DNA from: an uncultured Planctomycetota bacterium
Lineage (GTDB): Bacteria; Planctomycetota; Planctomycetia; Isosphaerales; Isosphaeraceae
Direction of reading: 5' to 3'
DNA: 64,000 bases
NCBI GenBank assembly: GCA_963845755.1
Contig: CAWJTV010000026.1
Coordinates: 1-64,000 of the forward strand
Below, in pieces: positions 29,671 to 39,520 of this stretch; position 1 is the first letter of the stretch; each line of letters begins with the position of its first letter. The notes under the pieces are model-generated. The model made no database searches. It had not been told where the DNA came from and saw nothing but the letters and a program-made list of their open reading frames with translations. The position numbers and the translations under genes are program-made.

Positions 29671-32001
29671 CTACTGACCACTCCTATAGGAACCCGCTCC
29701 CTCGGTGATCTCGATCCTCTGGTCGGCCGCGATGTCGCGGAAGATCTGGGTGGTTCGACTGGCCGGCCAGGAGACGGTGATCGCGGCGGCCCGGGACGCG
29801 TCCCCCAGGCCGATCAATTCGACGAGGCGATTGCCGCCGTAACTGGAGTTGTTGCCGATGGTCCGGTAGATCGAGCGCGCCGTGCCGTCGGCCGCGGTGA
29901 GGTTGACCCGGATCCTGGCTCCGATCGCGGCGCGGTTGGTCCGGGTCCCGACCAGTTTGACTTCGAGCCAGCGACGGCCATGGCCCGGGTTGCGAAACAG
30001 GAGGTTGTCCGACGGATCCCCGGGGACCGCCCCTCCGGTCTGGACGAAGAGGTCCAGGTCGCCGTCACCGTCGTAGTCGGCGAAGGAGACGCCGTTGCCG
30101 GTCCGGAGGCTTCCCGTGCCCGACGAGATCGTCACGTCCTCGAACTGGCGACCGGCCACGTTCTTGAACATCCGGTTGGGGACCAGGCTGGAGAAGGACC
30201 GCCAGCCGTTCCCCAGGTAGATGTCGAGATAGCCGTCGTTATCGATGTCGCCGAAGTTGCAGCCCATCGCGGCCATCGGGCGGTCGAGCCCGACCGCGCG
30301 GGCGACCTCCTGGAAGCCCTCGGCGCCGCGGTTGGAGTAGAGCCAGGGGCGGCCGGCCTTCTCGAACGGCCGGCCCAGGGCGTCCGCCGCGATGTCGGCC
30401 AGGCTCGCCGGACTCCCGTTGACGTAGAGATCCGGCCGGCCGTCGTTGTTGAAGTCCCAGAACCAGCACGCGAACCCGGCGTCGGGGCCGGTCACGCCGA
30501 GCGAAGGGGCCACGTCCAGGAACGTGCCATCGCCCTGATTGTGGTAGAGGCGGCCGGGCCCATCCTGGTTCGAGACGTAGAGGTCCAGGTGACCGTCGCC
30601 GTCGTAATCCTCCCAGGCCGCCCCCTTGGCACACCGATCATTGGTGACTCCGGCCGCCGCGGCCACGTTGACGAAGCGGCCATCGCCCCGGTTATGATAC
30701 AGCCGGCACCGGTTGCGCGGGTCGGGCGGGGAGCTGCTCGCATCGCCCGGTCGCGATCGGTACTCGCCGCACACGAACAGGTTGACTCGGCCGTCGTTGT
30801 CGTAATCGCCCCAGGCGGCCGACCCCGTCGCGATCGGGTCGCCCAGTCCCGCCGCGACGGTCACATCCTCGAAGGCGCCGTATCCCCAATTCCTCAAGAG
30901 CGAGAGCCGCAACGGGAGTTCCTCGGCTCCGCGCAGGAGGAGCACGTCCAGGTCGCCGTCGTTGTCGAAGTCGGCGTGAGCCGCGTTGACGGCGTAGACC
31001 TGTTCGGCGAGCCCGGCGCCGGCCGATCGGTCGTCGAACCACTCATCGCCGCGGTTGACGAACAGGGAAGCGCCCCGCTCGACGTCCAGCGAGCAGGCGA
31101 ACACGTCGGGCCGGCCGTCGCCGTTGAAATCATCGAAGAGGCTCCCACCGGCCAGGTTGGGGCCCCGCGCGGTCAGGCCGACCCCTGGCGCCACGTTCTC
31201 GAACCAGCCCACGTTGACCGTCGAGCGGAATCGATCGAGCGGGATGACGTACGGGCTCGGGACCTGGTCGGGGTACTCGCCCAGCGTCATGTACGCGAGG
31301 TTCAGGAGCCAGCGGGCGCGGAGGTCGTCAGGCCAGATCTTCAGGCATTCGGTGAATCGCTTGACCGCCTCGCGCGCGCCCGCCTGGCGAAGGAGGACGG
31401 CCGGGGGCGCGATCGGGAAAATGCGGCTCGTCGAGCCGGGAAATTGGCGATCGTTCTCCCGGTCGCCCCCGCGCAGGGCGATCACGCCGAGCAGGGCCAT
31501 TCGCTGGGCCCGCTCCCGCTCGGGGATATCTCGGGGTGAGCCGAATGGCAGGGCTTCCTTGAAGCAGGCGGCCGCCTCGGGATATCGGCCCTCGTACAGG
31601 TTGAGCAGGCCGATCTGGTGCCGGAGCCGTGCCGCGGCGGCGACGTCCTCCCGCGGGGGTCGAAAGCCGAGGCGGACCTGGTCGGACTCCGCCTCCAGCA
31701 CGGCCATCGCGAGCCGGCCTCGCACCCGGATCGCCGCCCGCAACTCTTGGAGAGAGGCCGGGTCGTGGATCGGGGCCGTGAACTGGCCGGCCAGGCCGAA
31801 GCCCTGGTCGTCGATCGACTCCTGCGGGTCGAGAAGCTCGCCCGGGGGCGGCTTCCATTGCGAGACGGAGGCCGGCACCGGCCGTCGCGCCGCCTGGTCG
31901 TCGGAGGCGCCGGACACCAGGACCAGCCAGGCCAACGTCCCGGCGACCAGGCCCAACAGACACCATAACGCGGTGAATCCGACCCGTACCTGTATGTTCA
32001 T
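29671..32001 (-). CDS. CRTAC1/ASPIC-UnbV family FG-GAP repeat protein with N-terminal TM and TPR-like helix
   Basis: Repeated DFNGDG, DFDNDGDLD, DIDNDGYLDIY motifs; C-terminal WLEVKLVG...NRAAIGARI...GLG...VSWP ASPIC/UnbV domain. Confidence 0.88.
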   Translation of the reverse strand: MNIQVRVGFTALWCLLGLVAGTLAWLVLVSGASDDQAARRPVPASVSQWKPPPGELLDPQESIDDQGFGLAGQFTAPIHDPASLQELRAAIRVRGRLAMAVLEAESDQVRLGFRPPREDVAAAARLRHQIGLLNLYEGRYPEAAACFKEALPFGSPRDIPERERAQRMALLGVIALRGGDRENDRQFPGSTSRIFPIAPPAVLLRQAGAREAVKRFTECLKIWPDDLRARWLLNLAYMTLGEYPDQVPSPYVIPLDRFRSTVNVGWFENVAPGVGLTARGPNLAGGSLFDDFNGDGRPDVFACSLDVERGASLFVNRGDEWFDDRSAGAGLAEQVYAVNAAHADFDNDGDLDVLLLRGAEELPLRLSLLRNWGYGAFEDVTVAAGLGDPIATGSAAWGDYDNDGRVNLFVCGEYRSRPGDASSSPPDPRNRCRLYHNRGDGRFVNVAAAAGVTNDRCAKGAAWEDYDGDGHLDLYVSNQDGPGRLYHNQGDGTFLDVAPSLGVTGPDAGFACWFWDFNNDGRPDLYVNGSPASLADIAADALGRPFEKAGRPWLYSNRGAEGFQEVARAVGLDRPMAAMGCNFGDIDNDGYLDIYLGNGWRSFSSLVPNRMFKNVAGRQFEDVTISSGTGSLRTGNGVSFADYDGDGDLDLFVQTGGAVPGDPSDNLLFRNPGHGRRWLEVKLVGTRTNRAAIGARIRVNLTAADGTARSIYRTIGNNSSYGGNRLVELIGLGDASRAAAITVSWPASRTTQIFRDIAADQRIEITEGAGSYRSGQ

Positions 32002-32023
32002 CAAACGTGCCTTCGTCTCGGCC

Positions 32024-32081
32024 TGTTTGAAAAGGGGACTGGCTCCGAGCCTTCGGAGGCGCCTGTCTCCTTCTTCAAACA
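32024..32081. repeat. Palindromic intergenic repeat (AAAGGGGACTGGCTC...GCCTGTCYCCTT family)
   Basis: Near-identical copy at 53329-53392. Confidence 0.75.
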
Positions 32082-32086
32082 ACTTG

Positions 32087-33730
32087 TCAACGACGGAGTT
32101 TCAGACGGCGGTAGCCGATCCGGTAATTGTCGGCGAGGATATCCGGCCAATCGCGGTCGTAGAGGTTCGCATTCTGGCCATCCACGGGGACCGCGGGCAG
32201 CCACAGGTCGGGTATCGGGTCGCCGAGCCCGTAGACGGACATCAGGTAATCGAGCGCGACGTCTCGCGACGTCGAGATCTCCGCGAACAGATCGGCATCC
32301 GTCCGCGGGTTGTACTTGATGGGAATGCGCCGGAGAACAGCACGGTCTTGCCGGCCCATCGCAGGCGATAGGCGATCGGTGCCGCGCCCCGCCCTCGCAT
32401 CGGGATCGGCGTGATTTGGAACCCCGCGAGAGCCGGCCATTCGTCCGCCGCGCGGATGACCGTCCCGGCCGGACACGCGGCTCTCGAGAGTCCGGAGGCC
32501 GGCGGAAGAGACGACTACCTCGGGATGGCAGCCGTCGATCAGCTCTCCCAGGCCGGCCCTCTGGCTCGCGTCGCAGGACGTCAGCAGCACGACCTGCGGC
32601 TCCTCCGGCTTGCGGCCCAGCCCTCGGAGACGGCCCTTGACGAAGGAGAATAGCCCCGGACCTCCTGGGGCATCCACCAGGAACCGCTTCGAACCGACCG
32701 CGAAGCTGTAGACCGCGGCGCCCTGGAAATCCCCCAGATAATCCAGGCCGGGCAAGAGCGACTTCGGGTCGCCGTCCAGGAAGTTTCTTCCATCCCGTTC
32801 ATAGTGGGCCTGAAGCGTGGTCATCTCGGCGATGCCCTGGTCGAGCATGTCCTCCCATTGCTTCCGGGAAAGCCGAGGGTTCTGAGGGATCCGGTCGGCG
32901 CGGGGATGGCCGGGCAGCACGAGATCGGGGACCGGCAGCGCCCGCAGCGAGCGGAGAGAAGCCGCGTAGGTCTGGGCGTCGCCCCGATAGCGCGGCGGCA
33001 TATAGGCCGAGTAGGTCCCCAGCGGCCGCCAGATCCGTTCGTGGGACTTCTCGTCACCGCGCAGCATCGAGATGACATCGCCCCCGAACAGGACGCGAAG
33101 GTCCGCGCGCTCCATGAGGTAACAGAGGCTCCCCGGCGTATGGCCGGGCGTCGCCAGGACCCGGAATCGGACGTCGCCGAAGGCGAGCGACTCGCCCCCT
33201 TTCAGCGCGACGTCCACCGTGGTCCGGTGGAGCTGCCCGCCCGGTAGCTCGAACGCGCTGAAAAACGCCTCGGCGGGCCCGCCGGCCCTCAGGACCGCCG
33301 CATCCCCTTCCCCGGCATAAACCCGGGCGCCCGCGGCGGTCCGCAAGTGCTCGGCGCCCCCGGAATGGTCCGCATGGGCGTGCGTCAGCAGGACGGCACG
33401 GATCTGTGTCCAATCGAGGTTCAAGCTCCTCATCTGCGCCTTGACCCCGCTCGCGTCGCTCAACAGGCCCGAGTCAACAAGCACCAGCCCCTCGCCCGTC
33501 GCGACGACGTACACCGCCGACGGTGCCAGGTTGCCCAGGAGGTAGATCCCCGGCAGGAGGGTCGTCGGGAATGGGACCAGCTCCGGCACCCGCTCGAGCG
33601 ATCGATCCGGCGCAGCGACCGGCCCATCCCGGATGTCCGCCGCGAACAGCCGGAGGGCCGCGAACAGCAAGACCAGACATCCCGTGTACCCTCCGCAACC
33701 CGACGGCCGGCGGAATGTGGATCGCCGCAT
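32087..33730 (-). CDS. Secreted metallo-beta-lactamase-fold hydrolase with two MBL domains (compensating frameshifts near 32330-32480)
   Basis: LVDSG, LLTHAHADHSGG, TPGHTPGS, FGGD, LPGH in domain 1; second domain has LVDAPG, LLTSCD, WLPA. Confidence 0.8.
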   Translation of the reverse strand: MRRSTFRRPSGCGGYTGCLVLLFAALRLFAADIRDGPVAAPDRSLERVPELVPFPTTLLPGIYLLGNLAPSAVYVVATGEGLVLVDSGLLSDASGVKAQMRSLNLDWTQIRAVLLTHAHADHSGGAEHLRTAAGARVYAGEGDAAVLRAGGPAEAFFSAFELPGGQLHRTTVDVALKGGESLAFGDVRFRVLATPGHTPGSLCYLMERADLRVLFGGDVISMLRGDEKSHERIWRPLGTYSAYMPPRYRGDAQTYAASLRSLRALPVPDLVLPGHPRADRIPQNPRLSRKQWEDMLDQGIAEMTTLQAHYERDGRNFLDGDPKSLLPGLDYLGDFQGAAVYSFAVGSKRFLVDAPGGPGLFSFVKGRLRGLGRKPEEPQVVLLTSCDASQRAGLGELIDGCHPEVVVSSAGLRTLESRVSGRDGHPRGGRMAGSRGVPNHADPDARAGRGTDRLSPAMGRQDRAVLRRIPIKYNPRTDADLFAEISTSRDVALDYLMSVYGLGDPIPDLWLPAVPVDGQNANLYDRDWPDILADNYRIGYRRLKLRR

Positions 33731-34038
33731 GCTAAACCGTCCCCCTTCCAGCCGTCGTGGAGCCCGAGTTCATCCGCGAGCCCAGGACCTCGGCAATCGC
33801 CTCACTTTCGCTCAAGTTAACCGATCCGATTCCCGAGGTCGATGGCGACCGGGGCCTGACCGCGGCATCACGACCGGGGTCGCGTGGTGGAGTGCGGCGA
33901 GAAGTCTCGATTTTTCGTTGTCTCCACCGCGCCAACCTGGGAGAATGACCCCTCGCCCCGAGTGCGAAAGACGCCCCCCGGCTTGATGCCTGCTAATATC
34001 TTTGTTCCTTCAGGCACCGACAACTCGTGAGATGACTC

Positions 34039-36404
34039 ATGGAATCACCACCAGAACGCGCTGTGCCCCGTCTCGACGTGAGATTCCTGGCCGGGCTGAT
34101 CCTGGTCGCGGTGGTCGCGGTCCTGGCGATGAATGCGACCAGGCGGGTGGCCGAGCTTCCCAAGGAGACGGCGCAGGACGTCTCAGTGCATCGATCGGAA
34201 ACCGCCCCGAATGCCGCGGTGACCCCCGCTGATGCCGCTCGAAACCTCGTCGTCTCGCGGCGGGAGATCCGGAAGGGACTGGCGTATCAGCCGCGTAAAC
34301 CGATGGATACCAGCGCCTTCTACTCGGCCCTGGCGCACCTCGCCGCTGGCCGAATACCGCCTCGCTGGAAGACATCCGGGATAGTTGGAAGAAAGTTGAT
34401 GGGTGGATGGGCGTGGAGCTGGACAGGGCCCTGCCCCCTCCCGGCAAGTCGGATTCGCACCGGCTGCTGATCCTGCTGTCGAAGGCCAGTCTCCTCAACT
34501 TCCAGGGGGAACCGAAGCGCGCCTACGAATTGCTCGAAGAGACGCGGTCCTGGGTCGAGCAGAGTGACGGGCTCGCCGAGCTCGGCCTGTTCACCGTCAT
34601 CTACTTCCAGGGAGTGACCGGGCTGCGGCTGGGCGAGACCGAGAATTGCGTGAAGTGTCGGGGCGAGAGCTCGTGCATCATCCCCATCGCGCCGGCGGCC
34701 GTTCACACCATCCCCACCGGCTCCCGCCTGGCGGTCCGGCATTTCACCGAGTATCTCGAGCAGTTCCCCGACGACCTGGGAATCCGCTGGCTGCTCAACC
34801 TGGCCCACATGACCCTGGGCGAGCATCCCCAGAAGGTCGATCCGCGATTCCTGATCGCCCTGGACCATTTCGTCAAATCCGAGCTCGACATCGGCCAGTT
34901 CCGCGACATCGGCCACCTGGCGAAGGTCGACCGGCTGAACATGGCCGGCGGCGCGGTGATGGACGACTTCGACGACGACGGCCGGCTCGATCTGGCCACC
35001 ACCAATTTCGACCCGGCCGAGCCCATGGCCTATTACCACAATACCGGCGACGGGACCTTCCAGGATCGTAGCGAATCGGCCGGCCTGGCCCCGCAACTGG
35101 GGGGCAAGTATCTGGTGCAGACCGATTACAACAACGACGGCCGGCTGGATCTGTTCATCTCGCGGGGCGCGTGGTTCTTGTTGCCGATCCCGCAAAGCTT
35201 GTTGCGCAACGAGGGCGGCGGCAAGTTCACCGATGTCACGAAAGAGGCCGGGCTGGGCGCGCCGATGAATTCGACGTCCTCGCGCTGGGCCGACTACGAC
35301 AACGATGGCTGGCTGGACGTCTTCATCGTCGGGGAACGGCCGGCGGACCGCCTGTATCACAACCGGGGCGACGGGACCTTCGAAGACGTCACCGCCAAGG
35401 CCGGCCTGAGGAAGAGCGGCCCCTTCTTCGGCAAGGGGGCCGACTGGATCGACTACGACAACGACGATTATCCCGACATCTTCATGAACAACCTCACGGG
35501 GGACCCGAAGTTATATCACAACAACCGCAACGGGACGTTCACCGAGGTGACCAAGTCCATGGGGATCGACGGCCCCCGCAAAGGTTTCGCCTGCTGGGCC
35601 TGGGACTACGACAACGACGGCTGGCTCGACCTCTTCGCGACCTGCTACGACTACACGCTGGAGGACGTGGTCAACGGCCTGATCGGGAAGCCGCACAAGG
35701 CCCTTTCAAACCGGCTCTTTCGCAACGTGGGCGGCAAGCGATTCGAGGACAAGACGAAGGAAGCCGGCCTGGATCTGGTCTTCGCCACCATGGGCAGTAA
35801 CTTCGGCGACCTCGACAACGACGGCTTCCTCGATTTCTACCTGGGGACCGGCGACCCGGATTTCAGCCTGCTCGTCCCCAACCGGATGTTCAAGAACGTC
35901 GCGGGCCGGCGCTTTGCCGAGATCACCGGCTCCTCCCGGACGGGCCACCTCCAGAAAGGACACGGCGTCTCCTGCGCCGACTGGGACAACGACGGCGACG
36001 TGGACATCTTCATCGAGATGGGGGGCGCCGTCCCCGGCGACCGGTACCACAACATCCTGTTCCAGAACCCCGGCCAGGGGAACCACTGGCTGACCGTGAA
36101 GCTCGTCGGCCAGAAGACGAACCGGGCGGCCATCGGTGCCCGGATCAAGGCCGTCACGGCGGGCGAGACGCCGCTGACGATCCACCGCCACGTGTCCTCC
36201 GGCGGCAGTTGGGGAGCGAACCCGCTCCAGCAGCAACTCGGCCTGGCCAAGGCCGAGAAGGTTGCGACCCTGGAGGTCCACTGGCCGGTCAGTAAGACGA
36301 CCCAGGTCTTCCGCGACATCGCGGCCGATCAGACCATCGAGATCACCGAACTCGCCCCGGACTTCAAGAAGCTGGATCGGAAACCGATCCCGGCGCCGAA
36401 ATGA
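34039..36404 (+). CDS. CRTAC1/ASPIC-UnbV family FG-GAP repeat protein (frameshift near 34340-34400)
   Basis: N-terminal TM; ENCVKCRGESSCIIPI; many D.DNDG.LD repeats; GHLQKGHG; WLTVKLVG...NRAAIGARI. Confidence 0.9.
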
Positions 36405-36405
36405 A

Positions 36406-37428
36406 ATGAGCGACCCGGTGAAAACCATACGATGGGGCATTCTCGGCTGTGCGCGGATCGCCCGCCGCGGGCTGGTGCCGGGCATCCGCGCCTCGGCGAC
36501 CGGGACCTTGCACGCGATCGCCAGCCGGGATCCGGCGACGGCGCGGGCCTGGGCCGAAGAATTCGGAGTCCCGCGGTCCTACGGATCGTACCAGGAGCTC
36601 CTCGACGATCCCAACGTCAACGCGGTCTACATCCCCCTGCCCAACGAGCAGCATCGGCCCTGGGTCCTGGCCGCGGCGGACGCCGGCAAGCCGATCCTGT
36701 GTGAGAAGCCGCTGGCGCGCGATGCCCGGGAAGCCGCTCTCATGGTGGAGCACTGCCGGCGGCGTGGCGTCCTCCTGATGGAAGCCTTCATGTGGCGGCA
36801 CCAGCCACGGACGCGGGACCTCCGGGCGCTCGTGGCCCGCGGCACGATCGGCGAGCTGCGGCTGATCCGATCCTCGTTCTCATTCCCGATCGCGCCGGGC
36901 GACTGGCGGCTCGACCCGTCGCGCGGCGGCGGCGCGCTCTGGGACGTCGGTTGCTACGGCGTGAGCGCGGCACGGCTCTTCGCCGACAGCGAGCCGGTAG
37001 CGGCTCGAGCGATCGCCCACCTCGGCCCGGACGGCGTCAACATGAGCCTCGCCAGCGTGCTGGAATTCCCCGGCGGCGTGCTCGCCGCCATCGATTGCAG
37101 CTTCGAGCAGCCATTCGCATGCCGTTACGAGCTGGTCGGCACCCGGGGCGTCATCGAAGTCCCCGACGCCTATCTGCCCCCAGCCCAGGGTAAGCCGACC
37201 GCCCGGTTGCGGACGACCGGTACCGGATCGGACTCCGATGCCGCCTCGGATCAAATCCAGACGCTCGAATTCGAATCGGTTGACCAGTACGCGGCCATGG
37301 TCGACGCCTTCGCCGGCTCCCTCGAAGCGCAACGTCTCCTCGACCCCGCCGAGGACGGCCTCGCCCAGATGACGGTGCTCGATCGGCTCATCAGCGATGC
37401 GCAAACGGGGCAGGAATCCCGACGTTGA
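36406..37428 (+). CDS. Gfo/Idh/MocA oxidoreductase (D-xylose dehydrogenase-like)
   Basis: IRWGILGCARIA; AVYIPLPN; LCEKPL; MEAFMWRHQP; GGGALWDVGCY. Confidence 0.9.
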   Translation: MSDPVKTIRWGILGCARIARRGLVPGIRASATGTLHAIASRDPATARAWAEEFGVPRSYGSYQELLDDPNVNAVYIPLPNEQHRPWVLAAADAGKPILCEKPLARDAREAALMVEHCRRRGVLLMEAFMWRHQPRTRDLRALVARGTIGELRLIRSSFSFPIAPGDWRLDPSRGGGALWDVGCYGVSAARLFADSEPVAARAIAHLGPDGVNMSLASVLEFPGGVLAAIDCSFEQPFACRYELVGTRGVIEVPDAYLPPAQGKPTARLRTTGTGSDSDAASDQIQTLEFESVDQYAAMVDAFAGSLEAQRLLDPAEDGLAQMTVLDRLISDAQTGQESRR

Positions 37429-37585
37429 GATGGTCGCTGCTCATCTCGGGCGGAAAGGCCGAGTGTCAGGTATCCTGAGACTCAGGAGTCAGGGAACTGT
37501 CCGCCTACATCCAGTCATGGTCTGGTCCGCTTCACGAAGTGCGGTTACGAGGCGGCAGCCGCGTCGCTCTGAGGAGGTGCCTACG

Positions 37586-38800
37586 ATGAAGTCGCGGAGT
37601 TGCTGGCTGGGCGTCGTGTTGGTCGCATCAAGTGGCGGGGCAATCGTTTCCGGGCAAGTGATCGGGAATGCACCCGGATCGTTGCCGAAGGAGCCGCGAT
37701 TCATCTTGAGAGATCACAGGGACGTCGTCTGGTGCGTGGCATTCGCCCCCGACGGCAAGTCGCTCGTGACCTGCGCGGGCAATCGAGGCGCGACGGCCGG
37801 TGAGCTGCACGGGTATGACCTGACGACCGGTACGCCACTCCAGACGTTCCTGGCCCGGGAGCCTCACGGCATTCGCTGGGTTGCCTATGATCCGAGCGGC
37901 AAGCTCCTGGCGACCGCCGAATACGACGGGATGGTCCGGATCCGCCATGCTGCCACGGGCAAAGTCCAGAGTGCACTGAGCGCTCACACCGGCGGCGTGC
38001 AGTGCCTGAAGTTCGCCCGCAAGAGCCGGACCTTGGTCACGTGCGGCAAGGACAAGAAGGCCATCGTGTGGGATCTCGCCACGAGCCAGGTCAAGACGAC
38101 GATGGTTGTTGACACCGATTACGTGTATTCGCTCGACGTCTCACCCGACGAACAGACGCTCTTGACCGGGGCCAACGAGCGGAAGGCCATCTTGTGGGAC
38201 CTGGCGACCGGGGAACGAAAACGGACCGTCCCGGGCAACAAGCAAGCGATCGAGGCCGTGGGCTTCTCGCCCGACGGGAAGCTGTACGCCGCCGCCGGCT
38301 GGGACGGGATTGTGAATGTCTGGGACGCCGCGACGGGAGCACATCTCCATGCGCTCGACGGCCCCGGCCGGGGAATTCTCGCCCTGGCGTTCACCCCCGA
38401 TAGCCAGTATTTGCTGGCTGGAACCGAGATCGGTGTGCTCCGGCTCTGGGACGTGACGAGCGGCAACGTCCTGGACACGAACAAGGTCCACGCCAGCAAT
38501 ATTCGAGCGATCACGTTCTCCCCGGACGGCAAGATGATGGCGACGGCCAGCCACGATTACACGGCCAAGCTCTGGGACGCGCCCCGGGTCATGCCGCCGC
38601 CCGCAGTCGAACGGTCCGCGGTGACGCCGTACAGAACTAACAGAACATCTGCCCGTGGCCGACCGCTTCAAAGGCGTTGCGAATGTGATCGATCTGGGGC
38701 TTGCGGCGGTCGTCGGGCCAGACGATCGCCACCACGTCGAACCGGCACCGTTGTTCGAGCAAGTTGTGCTTGCGGAGGAAGTGGAGCGCCGCCAGCGTGA
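37586..38800 (+). CDS. Secreted WD40-repeat protein; true stop probably near 38620-38640
   Basis: GAGGAGG RBS; signal peptide; VAFAPDGK / FSPDGK...D.TAKLWD repeats. Confidence 0.85.
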   Translation: MKSRSCWLGVVLVASSGGAIVSGQVIGNAPGSLPKEPRFILRDHRDVVWCVAFAPDGKSLVTCAGNRGATAGELHGYDLTTGTPLQTFLAREPHGIRWVAYDPSGKLLATAEYDGMVRIRHAATGKVQSALSAHTGGVQCLKFARKSRTLVTCGKDKKAIVWDLATSQVKTTMVVDTDYVYSLDVSPDEQTLLTGANERKAILWDLATGERKRTVPGNKQAIEAVGFSPDGKLYAAAGWDGIVNVWDAATGAHLHALDGPGRGILALAFTPDSQYLLAGTEIGVLRLWDVTSGNVLDTNKVHASNIRAITFSPDGKMMATASHDYTAKLWDAPRVMPPPAVERSAVTPYRTNRTSARGRPLQRRCECDRSGACGGRRARRSPPRRTGTVVRASCACGGSGAPPA

Positions 38801-39035
38801 TCCGGCGCTGTTTCTCGGGGGTCACGGCCTCGGCTGGCACTCCCTGACGTCGCGCCTTGACTTCCACGAAGACCAGCGTGTCGCCGTCCCGCGCGATGAG
38901 GTCGATCTCACCCGACCGCGCGCGATACCCGCGCAACAGCACGCGCAGCCCCTGACGGCGAAGGAACTTGGCGGCGGCCCGTTCCCCGCGATCGCCCAGG
39001 AGCCGATTCCAGAAGGTTCGCACAATCGGTGTCAT
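38637..39035 (-). CDS. yraN: YraN (UPF0102) family endonuclease-like protein
   Basis: GDRGERAA; GEIDLIARDGDTLVFVEVKAR; EAVTPEKQRRI; RFDVVAI; HIRNAF. Confidence 0.92.
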   Translation of the reverse strand: MTPIVRTFWNRLLGDRGERAAAKFLRRQGLRVLLRGYRARSGEIDLIARDGDTLVFVEVKARRQGVPAEAVTPEKQRRITLAALHFLRKHNLLEQRCRFDVVAIVWPDDRRKPQIDHIRNAFEAVGHGQMFC

Positions 39036-39047
39036 CGCGGCTGGGGG

Positions 39048-39326
39048 TCAGTAGATCCCAAGGTCTTTCTCGACGTCCCGGGCCTCCGAGCTCCATCCCA
39101 ACGAGCTCCGGCTGTTGTTAAAGAAGGGTTTCGAGTTCTTGCCTTCCGAGTCCACTGCCTGAATCTTGGACGAGTCCGACTCGACCGCCTTGACGTCGCT
39201 GCCCCGATGCGAGAGATCGTCGTCATCGTTGTGACGGAGCCACGATCGATGGGGCTCGCAGCCCATGGAGACCAAGCAGAGCGCACCCAGGACCAGCCTG
39301 CGCCAGGGAAATTGACGGATCATCAT
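39048..39326 (-). CDS. Small lipoprotein
   Basis: RRLVLGALCLVSMGC lipobox-like signal; C-terminal WSSEARDVEKDLG. Confidence 0.65.
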   Translation of the reverse strand: MMIRQFPWRRLVLGALCLVSMGCEPHRSWLRHNDDDDLSHRGSDVKAVESDSSKIQAVDSEGKNSKPFFNNSRSSLGWSSEARDVEKDLGIY

Positions 39327-39520
39327 GATCCCACCTTGCCATAAGAGATGGAGCGTGTCCATGGTCACCCGAAAGGGAGACGGACGGTTTCCGATCGGCT
39401 CCTGCCTGTTGAACGAACGTCGCGCGCGGGCAATCAGACGTGCGCGGGGATTCTGCCATCGATCCGCGGAACCGTCCAGATCAATTTCAGCCCATCGAAT
39501 TCGGGAATCCTGTCATCCGG

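Noticed and set aside
38637..38800. Convergent overlap of the WD40 gene and yraN
   Set aside because: The WD40 tail past about 38620 is featureless; probably an indel or stop loss.
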